Assembly: GCA_021299465.1 (NCBI GenBank)
Contig: JAJTHB010000018.1
Span: forward strand, 23,990 to 87,989
DNA length: 64,000 bases
Origin: Rickettsiales bacterium
GTDB taxonomy: Bacteria > Pseudomonadota > Alphaproteobacteria > Rickettsiales > SXRF01
Direction: 5' to 3'
Below the pieces are notes generated by a model. The model had not been told where the DNA came from and did not search any database. It was given only the letters and a program-made list of their open reading frames with translations. Shown piece after piece: positions 31,481 to 40,658 of the stretch (its first letter is position 1; each line of letters starts with the position of its first letter). Both the position numbers and the translations under genes were made by a program.

Positions 31481-31501
31481 ACCCCGCAATAAATGCGGGG
31501 T
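31481..31501. repeat. short GC-rich palindrome 10 nt upstream of the leuA start
   Basis: ACCCCGCA-ATAAA-TGCGGGGT. The 3' arm covers the only purine-rich SD-like sequence. Confidence 0.6.
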
Positions 31502-31510
31502 GACTAAATT

Positions 31511-33049
31511 ATGTCTAACGACCGCATCATCATTTTCGATACCACGCTGCGCGACGGCGAGCAATCGCCCGGCATGTCGATGAACCTTGAGGAAAAGCTT
31601 ATGGTGGCAGAAAGCCTGGATGCGATGGGTGTCGATGTTATTGAGGCAGGTTTTGCCATGGCCTCGCAGGGCGATTTTGAATCGGTGCGTGAGATAGCAC
31701 GGAAAATCAAAAACTCTGTGGTCTGCTCGCTGGCGCGTGCCAAGGCGGCGGATATTGAGCGCGCGGCGGAGGCCTTGAAGCCCGCGAAGCAGCCGCGTAT
31801 CCACACCTTTATTTCCACCAGCGATATTCACCTCAAATATCAGTTCCGCCTTTCGAAAGAGCAGGTGCTGGAGATCATCCGCGAGACGGTGACGCTCGCT
31901 CGCAGCTTCACCGATAATGTCGAATGGTCGGCAATGGATGCGACGCGCAGCGATAAAGATTATCTTTGCAAAGCGGTTGAAACGGCGATCAAGGCGGGTG
32001 CGACCACGGTCAATATTCCTGATACGGTTGGCTATGCGACGCCGGATGATTATGGCCAGCTCATTGCTTACCTCAAAAACAACGTGCAGAATATCGACAA
32101 GGCGATTATCTCCACCCATTGCCAGAATGACCTTGGCCTTGCCACCGCCAATAGCCTCGCTGCGATTCGAAACGGCGCGCGGCAGATCGAATGCACCATC
32201 AACGGCATCGGCGAGCGCGCTGGCAATACCGCGCTGGAAGAAGTGGTGATGGCGCTTAAAACTCGCGCTGACATGTATCCTTATACCACCGGTATCGATA
32301 CCACCCACATCACCAAACTTTCTCGCCTCGTGCAGAGCATTACCGGCGCGATGGTGCAGGTGAACAAAGCGATTGTCGGCGCTAATGCTTTTGCCCATGA
32401 ATCCGGCATCCACCAGGATGGCATGCTCAAGCACGCCGGTACATACGAAATCATGACGCCGGAATCGGTGGGGCTTGCCAAATCGAATCTTGTGCTGGGC
32501 AAACATTCTGGCCGCGCCGCGTTTCGCGACAAGCTCACCGAGCTTTCGATTGAGGTGGGCGAAAATGCCTTTGAGGACGCGTTTCACCGCTTCAAGGATC
32601 TCGCTGATAAGAAAAAAGATGTTTATGATGAGGACATCATCGCGCTGCTCGATGCCGAGTCGCGCCGCGATGATGCCATCCAGCTCGAATCACTTCATAT
32701 CACCTGCGGAACGATTGGCCCGCAGACGGCGATGCTCTGCCTGCGCGTAAATGGTGAGATACGCCGTGCAACGGTGGAAGGAAACGGCCCGCTCGATGCG
32801 ACGTTTAATGCCATCGGCGCGCTGGTGCCGCATCGTGCGACGCTCAAGCTTTATCAGGTGAATGCAGTGACGCAGGGCATCGATGCGCAGGCGGAAGTGA
32901 CCGTGCGCCTCGAGACGCCTGAGGGACGCATCATTAACGGCCACGGCTCAAGCATTGATACGATGGTTGCCTCCGCAATGGCTTATGTTAATGCGCTCTG
33001 TAAGTTGCAAGCCATTACCGAACGTCAGGCATTAATCCCCGCAGCTTAA
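31511..33049 (+). CDS. leuA: 2-isopropylmalate synthase
   Basis: IIFDTTLRDGEQSPG, HCQNDLGLATAN and HESGIHQDG blocks are present. Confidence 0.95.
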   Translation: MSNDRIIIFDTTLRDGEQSPGMSMNLEEKLMVAESLDAMGVDVIEAGFAMASQGDFESVREIARKIKNSVVCSLARAKAADIERAAEALKPAKQPRIHTFISTSDIHLKYQFRLSKEQVLEIIRETVTLARSFTDNVEWSAMDATRSDKDYLCKAVETAIKAGATTVNIPDTVGYATPDDYGQLIAYLKNNVQNIDKAIISTHCQNDLGLATANSLAAIRNGARQIECTINGIGERAGNTALEEVVMALKTRADMYPYTTGIDTTHITKLSRLVQSITGAMVQVNKAIVGANAFAHESGIHQDGMLKHAGTYEIMTPESVGLAKSNLVLGKHSGRAAFRDKLTELSIEVGENAFEDAFHRFKDLADKKKDVYDEDIIALLDAESRRDDAIQLESLHITCGTIGPQTAMLCLRVNGEIRRATVEGNGPLDATFNAIGALVPHRATLKLYQVNAVTQGIDAQAEVTVRLETPEGRIINGHGSSIDTMVASAMAYVNALCKLQAITERQALIPAA

Positions 33050-33062
33050 ACTTCCTGCATAA

Positions 33063-33192
33063 CGCTACTTTGGCTTCAAATCTGCTTGCGATAGAGTCTC
33101 CCTCGAAAACGTCATGTACTTGTGCATACATTAGTTTTCTCGTACTCTATCGCCGCGCGCTTTTTTGCCAAAGCGAGTTCTGCAGGAAGTTT
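33063..33192. repeat. ~125-bp structured intergenic repeat, copy A (full length)
   Basis: It shares GCTTCAAATCTGCTTGCG...GAAAAC.TCATG...CCGCGCGCTTTTTTGC...GCGAGTT with copy C. Internal stems are TTTGGC/GCCAAA and GCGATAGAGT/ACTCTATCGC. It starts 14 nt after the leuA stop. Confidence 0.85.
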
Positions 33193-33194
33193 GT

Positions 33195-35072
33195 ATGACC
33201 AGCCAGCTGCAAAAACTATTCAGCATCGATCTTCGGTCGCTGGCGCTGTTTCGCGTGATGCTGGCGCTTGCGATTTTACTCAACCTTGCCATTTTGCTGC
33301 CGGATGCCCATGTTTTTTTGAGTGACAGCGGTATCTATCCGCGCCGCAGTGCGATGGGTACTTCCCTGAACTGGTCACTTTATTTCATAAGTGGCAGCGG
33401 CGTATTTTCATTGGTGCTCATGCTGCTGAATGCACTTGTAGCACTCATGCTGCTGGTGGGGTATCGCACGCGCTGGATGACCATCATCTGCTGGGTGCTC
33501 GCAATGTCGCTTGATAGCCGTATCATCGGCCTTACCAGCGGTGCTGACACATATCTCAGGCTGCTTCTTTTCTGGAGTATGTTCCTGCCGCTGGGCGCGC
33601 GCTGCTCAGTCGATGAGGCGATGAGCAAAGCTGCCGCTCTGCCGCGGCTTTACTTCTCATGGGCGGTGGTGGCGATTTTTGTTCAGGTCACCTGCCTTTA
33701 CCTGTTCAGTGCGCTACTTAAAACCGGTACGCACTGGCGCGAAACTTATGACGCGGTGTATTTTGCGCTGAATACGCCGGAAATCACCACGCCGCTGGCT
33801 GCTTATCTTGCTTCGCATGTGGAGTTGCTGCGCAGCCTGACATTTTATGTTTACCATCTCGAGCTGGCCGCGGTACTTTTTCTCTTTGCGCCCATCTTCA
33901 CCGCGCAGGCGAGGCTTCTTATCATTGCGTTGCTGGCGCTCATGCATATCGGTTTTGCGCTTTTTCTTTCCATCGGCTTTTTCCCATTGGTTTGTCTGGC
34001 GGGGCTTACGGTGTTTCTGCCGCCGCTTTTCTGGGATAGTCTGCTGCCGCAGCGCCGCCAGCGCATTCGCATCTATTATGATCAAGATTGCGGATTTTGC
34101 CGAAAAACCTGCCTGATTTTCCGTGCGCTCGGCATGCCGCCAGCCACCGAAGTGCTGCCCGCGCAGCAAACACCCGAGATAAGGGAAATTTTAGAACGTG
34201 AATATAGCTGGGTGGTGGAAGACGGCACTGGCAGACGACGGCTGCGCTGGGATGCTGTGGCGTGGTGCTGGCGGCGCTCGGCAATCTTGTGGCCGCTTGG
34301 CGTGCTTTTTGCCATCCCGCCGATGCATATGGTTGGTGACAGGCTTTATCGTTTGATTGGGTCTAATCGTGGAGATTTTGGAAAGTTAAGCGCCAGATTG
34401 CTGCCTGAAACCGACCACTCCCTTGCACCAGCTTTACCACTCGCAACCAGCTATATCGCCGCAGGGCTTGCGATGGTGGTGGTGGCTTGGAATATCGGGG
34501 CTTTAAGCGGCAGGCCGCAGGATATGTTTCCTGCATTTATTTCGGATACGGTACAAATTATCGGCTTGCGCCAGAAAATGAATTTCTTCGCGCCGCAGCC
34601 GATCAGCCGCACGCGCTGGGCGGTGGTGGAAGGTGAGCTTGCGGATGGCCAGATGGTGGACGCGCTTTTTGAACGGGTGGATGCGCCATCACACCAACTG
34701 GCGACGAATGGATTTGCGGTCAATCCCGGCTATCGCTGGCGCAAATTTTTCTCCAGTGTAAATATCGAACGCAATCGTAATTTGCTGGGCCGCTATTTTT
34801 GCGCGCGTTATGATAACTGGAAAACACAGGATATGGCTTCCCTCAGAACAGTCGAGATCGTCTTGTATCGACAAAATACATCAGCACCTGGCCAGAGCGC
34901 GCAGGAAGCGCGAAAACTATTTCATTTACGCTATGATTGCGCGACGCGTAAAGGGGCGGTTCTCTTTAAAAGCAAGAAAACCACTGGCTCACCAAAAGAA
35001 GCCGCCAAACCCGCTTACGAGCTTGATCCTTACATTGATTCGATTCTTCGTGAGCCTGGTGCAGATCAGTAA
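33195..35072 (+). CDS. HTTM (vitamin K-dependent gamma-carboxylase-like) membrane domain fused to a DCC-family thiol-disulfide oxidoreductase domain and a further C-terminal domain
   Basis: HTTM-like start IDLRSLALFRVMLALAILLNLAILLP with multiple TM helices. DCC motif IYYDQDCGFCRKTC. C-terminal RQKMNFFAPQP...W...DG block. Confidence 0.65.
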   Translation: MTSQLQKLFSIDLRSLALFRVMLALAILLNLAILLPDAHVFLSDSGIYPRRSAMGTSLNWSLYFISGSGVFSLVLMLLNALVALMLLVGYRTRWMTIICWVLAMSLDSRIIGLTSGADTYLRLLLFWSMFLPLGARCSVDEAMSKAAALPRLYFSWAVVAIFVQVTCLYLFSALLKTGTHWRETYDAVYFALNTPEITTPLAAYLASHVELLRSLTFYVYHLELAAVLFLFAPIFTAQARLLIIALLALMHIGFALFLSIGFFPLVCLAGLTVFLPPLFWDSLLPQRRQRIRIYYDQDCGFCRKTCLIFRALGMPPATEVLPAQQTPEIREILEREYSWVVEDGTGRRRLRWDAVAWCWRRSAILWPLGVLFAIPPMHMVGDRLYRLIGSNRGDFGKLSARLLPETDHSLAPALPLATSYIAAGLAMVVVAWNIGALSGRPQDMFPAFISDTVQIIGLRQKMNFFAPQPISRTRWAVVEGELADGQMVDALFERVDAPSHQLATNGFAVNPGYRWRKFFSSVNIERNRNLLGRYFCARYDNWKTQDMASLRTVEIVLYRQNTSAPGQSAQEARKLFHLRYDCATRKGAVLFKSKKTTGSPKEAAKPAYELDPYIDSILREPGADQ

Positions 35073-36182
<1,110 letters not shown>

Positions 36183-36296
36183 TTGCTCCGTTTCCTAAGA
36201 TTTTATTAATTTTTTGTCCAAACCACTACGGGTTGATTTCTTGCTTGCGTGATATTTGCGAAAGAGTAACAATCTTTCGGTATCATATTTTTTGTT

Positions 36297-37127
36297 ATGG
36301 CTATGAAACGACCACAATCCATCCGTCTAGCGCAGCAGCCTCTTAGGCAGTGGGCAAGCCGTGCGAGCGTTGTTTTGATGATGACAGCGGCGCTGACGCT
36401 GGTGGTTATGAGCAAAGCCGAGCATCCCGCGGCGATGAAGCTCAGGACCACGCTTACCGATACGCTAGCGCCGGTGCTGGCAGTTTTGGCAAGTCCAATG
36501 GATGCAGTTTCTAGCACCGGGCAGTGGCTGGCTGGCCTTGCGAATCTCCACGCCGAAAATGCCGCGCTTAAAAACCAGAATGCCCAGCTGCTCAAATGGC
36601 AGGCGATGGCCAAGGATATGCAGCAGGAAAATGAAGCACTCCGCCGCTTGCTGCATGTGGTGCCACAGCCAAGCCGCAGCTTTGTGTCAGCACGTGTGGT
36701 TTCCGATGTTGGCGGGCCGTATGGCCATGCGGTGCTTATCCAAAGCGCCGATACGCTCAGTATTTCCAAGAATCAGGCGGTGATGAATGATCGCGGGCTT
36801 GTTGGACGTGTTGTCGATGTTGGTAGAAATTCGGCGCGGGTGCTGCTGCTCTCCGACATTAACTCCCGCGTACCGGTGCTGCTTGAGCGCACAAGGGAAA
36901 AAGCGATTCTTGCCGGTAGCAATGATGGCTTGCCATCGCTGCTTTACCTTGCCGTGAACACGCAGGTGGCGATTGGCGACCGGCTGGTGACATCGGGCGA
37001 TGGCGGTGTGTTTCCTGCTGGTGTACCGGTCGGGGTGGTGAGCGCGAACCTGAGCGGAGTCCTCAAGGTCGAGCCATTCGTGCAACCATCCAAACTCGAA
37101 TATGTTAGCGTTGTAACCACACCATAG
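36297..37127 (+). CDS. mreC: rod shape-determining protein MreC
   Basis: Coiled-coil AENAALKNQNAQLLKW, then VMNDRGLVGRVVDVGRNSARVLLLSDINSRVPV. Confidence 0.85.
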   Translation: MAMKRPQSIRLAQQPLRQWASRASVVLMMTAALTLVVMSKAEHPAAMKLRTTLTDTLAPVLAVLASPMDAVSSTGQWLAGLANLHAENAALKNQNAQLLKWQAMAKDMQQENEALRRLLHVVPQPSRSFVSARVVSDVGGPYGHAVLIQSADTLSISKNQAVMNDRGLVGRVVDVGRNSARVLLLSDINSRVPVLLERTREKAILAGSNDGLPSLLYLAVNTQVAIGDRLVTSGDGGVFPAGVPVGVVSANLSGVLKVEPFVQPSKLEYVSVVTTP

Positions 37128-37130
37128 AAC

Positions 37131-37183
37131 TCGCTTTAGCTTCAAATCTGCTTGCGATAGAGTCTCCCTAGAAAACGTCATGG
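37131..37183. repeat. structured intergenic repeat, copy B (5' half only)
   Basis: GCTTCAAATCTGCTTGCGATAGAGTCTCCCTAGAAAACGTCATG differs from copy A at 1 base over ~45 bp. It breaks off at the ATG used as the mreD start. Confidence 0.85.
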
Positions 37184-37713
37184 TTTTGAGTAACAGAAAT
37201 TTGGCGCTATTGTGCCTTGCAGCAGTTCCTGCTTTTATCCTGTTTCTTGCGATCATGCTCACTTTGATCCCCAAGCATATGGATGGGCTTTCGCAGTTTA
37301 TGCCGCTTGTCTATATGCCGGTTGTTTTCTTTTGGGCGGTGCATTATCCACGCCACATGCCTTACTGGCTGGTATTTGTAGCTGGGTTACTTATTGATGC
37401 TATTGGCGGGCAGCCACTGGGTGTTAGCTCCTTGCTCATGATGGGGTTTTTGATCGTGCTGCATCGCCGCTATAAAACGATTCACAAGGAAGGCTTCGTG
37501 TTGCAGTGGGCTATGTTTGCCTTGATTCTTGGTGGTATGTTTATCTGCCAATGGCTTATTATGGCGATCTACCACCAGATGCTGATGAGCCCGATCCATG
37601 GGCTGATCCAGTGGTTTTTGACCTTATGCCTTTACCCGCTTTTGCATCAAGTGTTTGACGTGACTCATCAGGCGGTGCAGAACCGAAGGTATCAGTTGCT
37701 TCACAGCAGGTAG
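37180..37713 (+). CDS. mreD: rod shape-determining protein MreD
   Basis: A 177-aa polytopic protein in the mreD position. Its ATG lies inside repeat copy B. Confidence 0.7.
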   Translation: MVLSNRNLALLCLAAVPAFILFLAIMLTLIPKHMDGLSQFMPLVYMPVVFFWAVHYPRHMPYWLVFVAGLLIDAIGGQPLGVSSLLMMGFLIVLHRRYKTIHKEGFVLQWAMFALILGGMFICQWLIMAIYHQMLMSPIHGLIQWFLTLCLYPLLHQVFDVTHQAVQNRRYQLLHSR

Positions 37714-37717
37714 AACC

Positions 37718-39523
37718 GTGCCCAAAGAAAATGAAAAACAGCGCATTTTTTCGCGCCGCGCCATGATTCTGGGCGGGGTGCAGGTAGCAGCATTTTCGCT
37801 TTTGGGTAGCCGCTTGTTTTACCTGCAATTCATGAAAGCGGATGAATATAAAACGCAGGCCGAAAATAACCGCATTAAGCTGCAACTCATTACGCCGGAG
37901 CGCGGCCAGCTGCTCGATCGCTTTGGCCTGCCGCTGGCGGTGAATGAAAAAAACTTCCGCCTGTTTGTTGATTACAGCACGCTCAAACAAAAAGATTTCA
38001 TCGCCAGCATCGAGATGTTGCAAACCATGGTGCCGCTGCCGGAAAAACGTTATCAGCAGCTGCTAAAAACCAAGGTGAGCACCGCCTCGATGCCCGAGCT
38101 TCTCCATGAGCATTTAAGCTGGGAACAGGTGTCGCTGATCGAGCTTAATCTTTTATCGCTGCCGGGGATGTATGTCGATATCGGCCAGATTCGCCATTAC
38201 CCGCTGAAAGACGAAGCGGCGCATCTGCTTGGCTATGTCGGCGCGGTGTCGGAGGCGGATTTATCGCCGGATGACCCACCGCTGATGCGCCTGCCGGATT
38301 TCAAAATCGGCAAGAATGGTGTGGAGAAAATGCTTGAGGAAGAGCTGCGCGGCACTGCCGGTATTCGCCAGCTCGAGGTGAATGTGCGCGGCGTGCCGGT
38401 GCGCGAGGTGAGTAACCGCGAAAGTATCCCGGGCAAGAATATTCACCTCACGATTGATCGCCGCCTGCAGGATTATATCGCTGATTACGTGCGGGAAGAA
38501 AGCGCCTCTGCAGTTGTGATGGAGGTGGAAACGGGTAACATCCTCGCGCTGGTTTCCATGCCGGCGTTTGACCCCAACAGCTTCAGCAAGGGCATTTCGA
38601 ACGACGAATGGGCGGCGCTCAACAAAAATAAGAAAAACCCGCTCATGAACAAGGCGATCACCGGCCAGTACCCGCCAGGCTCAACCTTCAAGATGCTGGT
38701 CGGTATGGCTGGTATCGAATCGGGAATGTTTAATACATCCTCGACGGTTTATTGCCCAGGCCACTTCATGCTCGGCGATCACCGCTTTAACTGCTGGAAA
38801 CCTGAGGGCCATGGCTGGATGAATTATCACGATGCGGTGGTGCAGTCGTGCGATACGTATTTTTACACGGTGGCGCAGCGTATCGGCATCAACCGCTTTG
38901 CCGAGATGGCGCGGCGCTTTGGCCTCGGCCAGACCTATGATATTGGGCTGATTGGCGAAAAGCCTGGTATTATTCCTGACCCTGATTGGAAAATGCAGCG
39001 CTACAAGCAGCGCTGGGCAGGCGGCGATACCATCAACTGTTCGATCGGGCAGGGCTATGTGCTATCAACGCCGCTGCAGCTCGCAACCATGACCGCGCGC
39101 ATGTGTAGCGGCAGGCAGGTGACGCCGCGCCTTTATGTGCCTGAGGATGCGCTGGCGGTTAATTTTGACCCCATCGCTATCAAGGAATCGCTGCTTAGGA
39201 TCAACCTCGAATCGATGATCGATGTGGTGAATACTGAGCGCGGCACTGCTTATGGCAAGCGCATCATGGAGCCACGCTTTGCTTTTGGCGGCAAGACCGG
39301 CACCTCACAGGTTCGGCGTATCGTGCAGCGCGGTGTTGACCAGAAAACCATTCCGTGGGAACAGCGCCACCATGCGCTTTTTATCGGCTTCGCGCCGATT
39401 GACAAGCCTAAATATGCCTGCTGCGTGGTGGTGGAACATGGCGGCGGCGGCTCTGCGGCTGCTGCGCCGGTCGCGCGCGATATACTGCTCAAGATTCAGC
39501 AGCTGGAAGAAGAGCGTGCCTAG
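37718..39523 (+). CDS. mrdA: penicillin-binding protein 2 (elongasome transpeptidase)
   Basis: SxxK PPGSTFK, SxN-like region, KTGTSQ. GTG start. It sits after mreD. Confidence 0.9.
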   Translation: MPKENEKQRIFSRRAMILGGVQVAAFSLLGSRLFYLQFMKADEYKTQAENNRIKLQLITPERGQLLDRFGLPLAVNEKNFRLFVDYSTLKQKDFIASIEMLQTMVPLPEKRYQQLLKTKVSTASMPELLHEHLSWEQVSLIELNLLSLPGMYVDIGQIRHYPLKDEAAHLLGYVGAVSEADLSPDDPPLMRLPDFKIGKNGVEKMLEEELRGTAGIRQLEVNVRGVPVREVSNRESIPGKNIHLTIDRRLQDYIADYVREESASAVVMEVETGNILALVSMPAFDPNSFSKGISNDEWAALNKNKKNPLMNKAITGQYPPGSTFKMLVGMAGIESGMFNTSSTVYCPGHFMLGDHRFNCWKPEGHGWMNYHDAVVQSCDTYFYTVAQRIGINRFAEMARRFGLGQTYDIGLIGEKPGIIPDPDWKMQRYKQRWAGGDTINCSIGQGYVLSTPLQLATMTARMCSGRQVTPRLYVPEDALAVNFDPIAIKESLLRINLESMIDVVNTERGTAYGKRIMEPRFAFGGKTGTSQVRRIVQRGVDQKTIPWEQRHHALFIGFAPIDKPKYACCVVVEHGGGGSAAAAPVARDILLKIQQLEEERA

Positions 39524-39526
39524 AGG

Positions 39527-39943
39527 CTATTCTTCATCGATATACTGCTTTTCCATTTTCTCGTGACGCTCTTGCGCCTCGATGGTCATGGTGGCAATCG
39601 GACGCGCCTCTAAGCGCTTGAGGCCGATCGGTTCGCCGGTTTCTTCGCAGTAGCCGTACTCGCCGTCTTCGATGCGCTTGAGCGCAGCATCAATTTTACC
39701 GATCAGTTTTAAATAACGGTTACGCGTGCGCAGCTCGACGCCGGCTTCGGTTTCCAGCGAAGCGCGATCGGACAGATCTGGTTCGCGCCAGTTTTCTTCC
39801 TTGAGGTTGTTGATCGTCTCCTGCGATTCGGCCAAGAGCTCATCGCGCCACGTCGTAAGCTTCTGGCGGAAATATTCCAGCTGCTTCGCGCTCATGTATT
39901 TTTCATCGGCGGTGGGTTTGTAGCCTTTGGGGAGTTTGGTCAT
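39527..39943 (-). CDS. dksA: RNA polymerase-binding protein DksA (single-Cys type)
   Basis: Carries the coiled-coil tip DLSDRASLETE, plus YGYCEETGEPIGLKRLEARPIATMTIEAQ. Only one of the four zinc-finger Cys positions is kept. Confidence 0.85.
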   Translation of the reverse strand: MTKLPKGYKPTADEKYMSAKQLEYFRQKLTTWRDELLAESQETINNLKEENWREPDLSDRASLETEAGVELRTRNRYLKLIGKIDAALKRIEDGEYGYCEETGEPIGLKRLEARPIATMTIEAQERHEKMEKQYIDEE

Positions 39944-40020
39944 TACACACCTCGTTAAATGGTTAAAATGGTGACCCTGTTATTAAGGAATGGCGTGTAT
40001 AGCCCCGTCAGATGAAAAAA

Positions 40021-40473
40021 TCAACCCTCACGGTTGCCCTTTTCAGCCATTTCTAATTTTGCCAGCTCTACCGCCGCACGCAGCTCAATATCATCCATAA
40101 GTGACAGCAGCGCCGGATCGCTAATGTTTACACGCTGAACGGCAAGCTCCTTGCCCAGGTTCTGAAGCGTCGATAGCGGCACGCGGCCAATGAGGAGCTG
40201 CTGGCGAAGCTTATCTAATTCATCCAGCAGGTTTTTACCCTGCAGGATCAGTTTTTTACGATTCAGCTCGTCATCCGATATTTCCTGCAAGGCGAGCATC
40301 ATACTCACATCGGCGGGCGCTGATACATCACTCAGGTTGCCTGTGGACTGCGCGTTATCCGATGAGACGGCATCAAGCAAATCCGCAAAACTGCTAGAGC
40401 TGCTGCTCCCGGCACGTGCTTTTCTACGTATTTCAGCGGCGGTTTTGATCGGGTTGGAATCGGTGATACGCAT
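40021..40473 (-). CDS. fliX: flagellar assembly regulator FliX-like protein
   Basis: Divergent from flgI, as in Caulobacter. It is Ser-rich with a middle LALQEI segment, and C-terminal IELRAAVELAKLE matches my recollection of FliX. Confidence 0.55.
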   Translation of the reverse strand: MRITDSNPIKTAAEIRRKARAGSSSSSSFADLLDAVSSDNAQSTGNLSDVSAPADVSMMLALQEISDDELNRKKLILQGKNLLDELDKLRQQLLIGRVPLSTLQNLGKELAVQRVNISDPALLSLMDDIELRAAVELAKLEMAEKGNREG

Positions 40474-40607
40474 GCGCGTATCATAGTCTATGCGCTGGGC
40501 AATGGTAAAGGAGGATGAGTAGCAAGGTGAGAGTGATTTGATGCGGCAAGTTTTTCCCTGCCAGCCAACCGGATGGTTTTTATTGATTAATAACAGCCAA
40601 TTAACTT

Positions 40608-40623
40608 TGGCACGGCTTTCGCA
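40608..40623 (+). promoter_or_regulatory. sigma54-type promoter upstream of flgI
   Basis: TGGCAC-GGCTT-TCGCA against the consensus TGGCAC-N5-TTGCW. The GG/GC spacing is correct, and it ends 36 nt before the flgI ATG. Confidence 0.6.
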
Positions 40624-40658
40624 TTGTTATTGGTTGAGATTAATGCGGGGGCATCATC

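Noticed and set aside
31436-32587. 383-aa ORF on the minus strand
   Set aside because: It lies entirely antisense to leuA, whose frame carries unmistakable isopropylmalate synthase motifs. The product is Arg/His/Ala-rich and low in complexity, as expected for the antisense frame of a GC-rich gene.
33122-33325. 67-aa ORF starting inside repeat copy A
   Set aside because: It begins within the intergenic repeat and runs out of frame across the start of the HTTM gene. There is no coding signal.
36206-37274. 187-aa and 195-aa minus-strand ORFs over mreC
   Set aside because: They are antisense shadow ORFs, and the mreC frame has the conserved motifs.
39524-39526. Absence of rodA after mrdA
   Set aside because: The mrdA stop is followed directly by the convergent dksA stop. 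rodA is probably encoded elsewhere. This is a synteny oddity, not evidence of anything new.
40587-40605. TTAA ... TTAAC in the fliX-flgI divergent region as a CtrA box
   Set aside because: The spacer is 10 nt, not 7, so it does not fit TTAA-N7-TTAAC.
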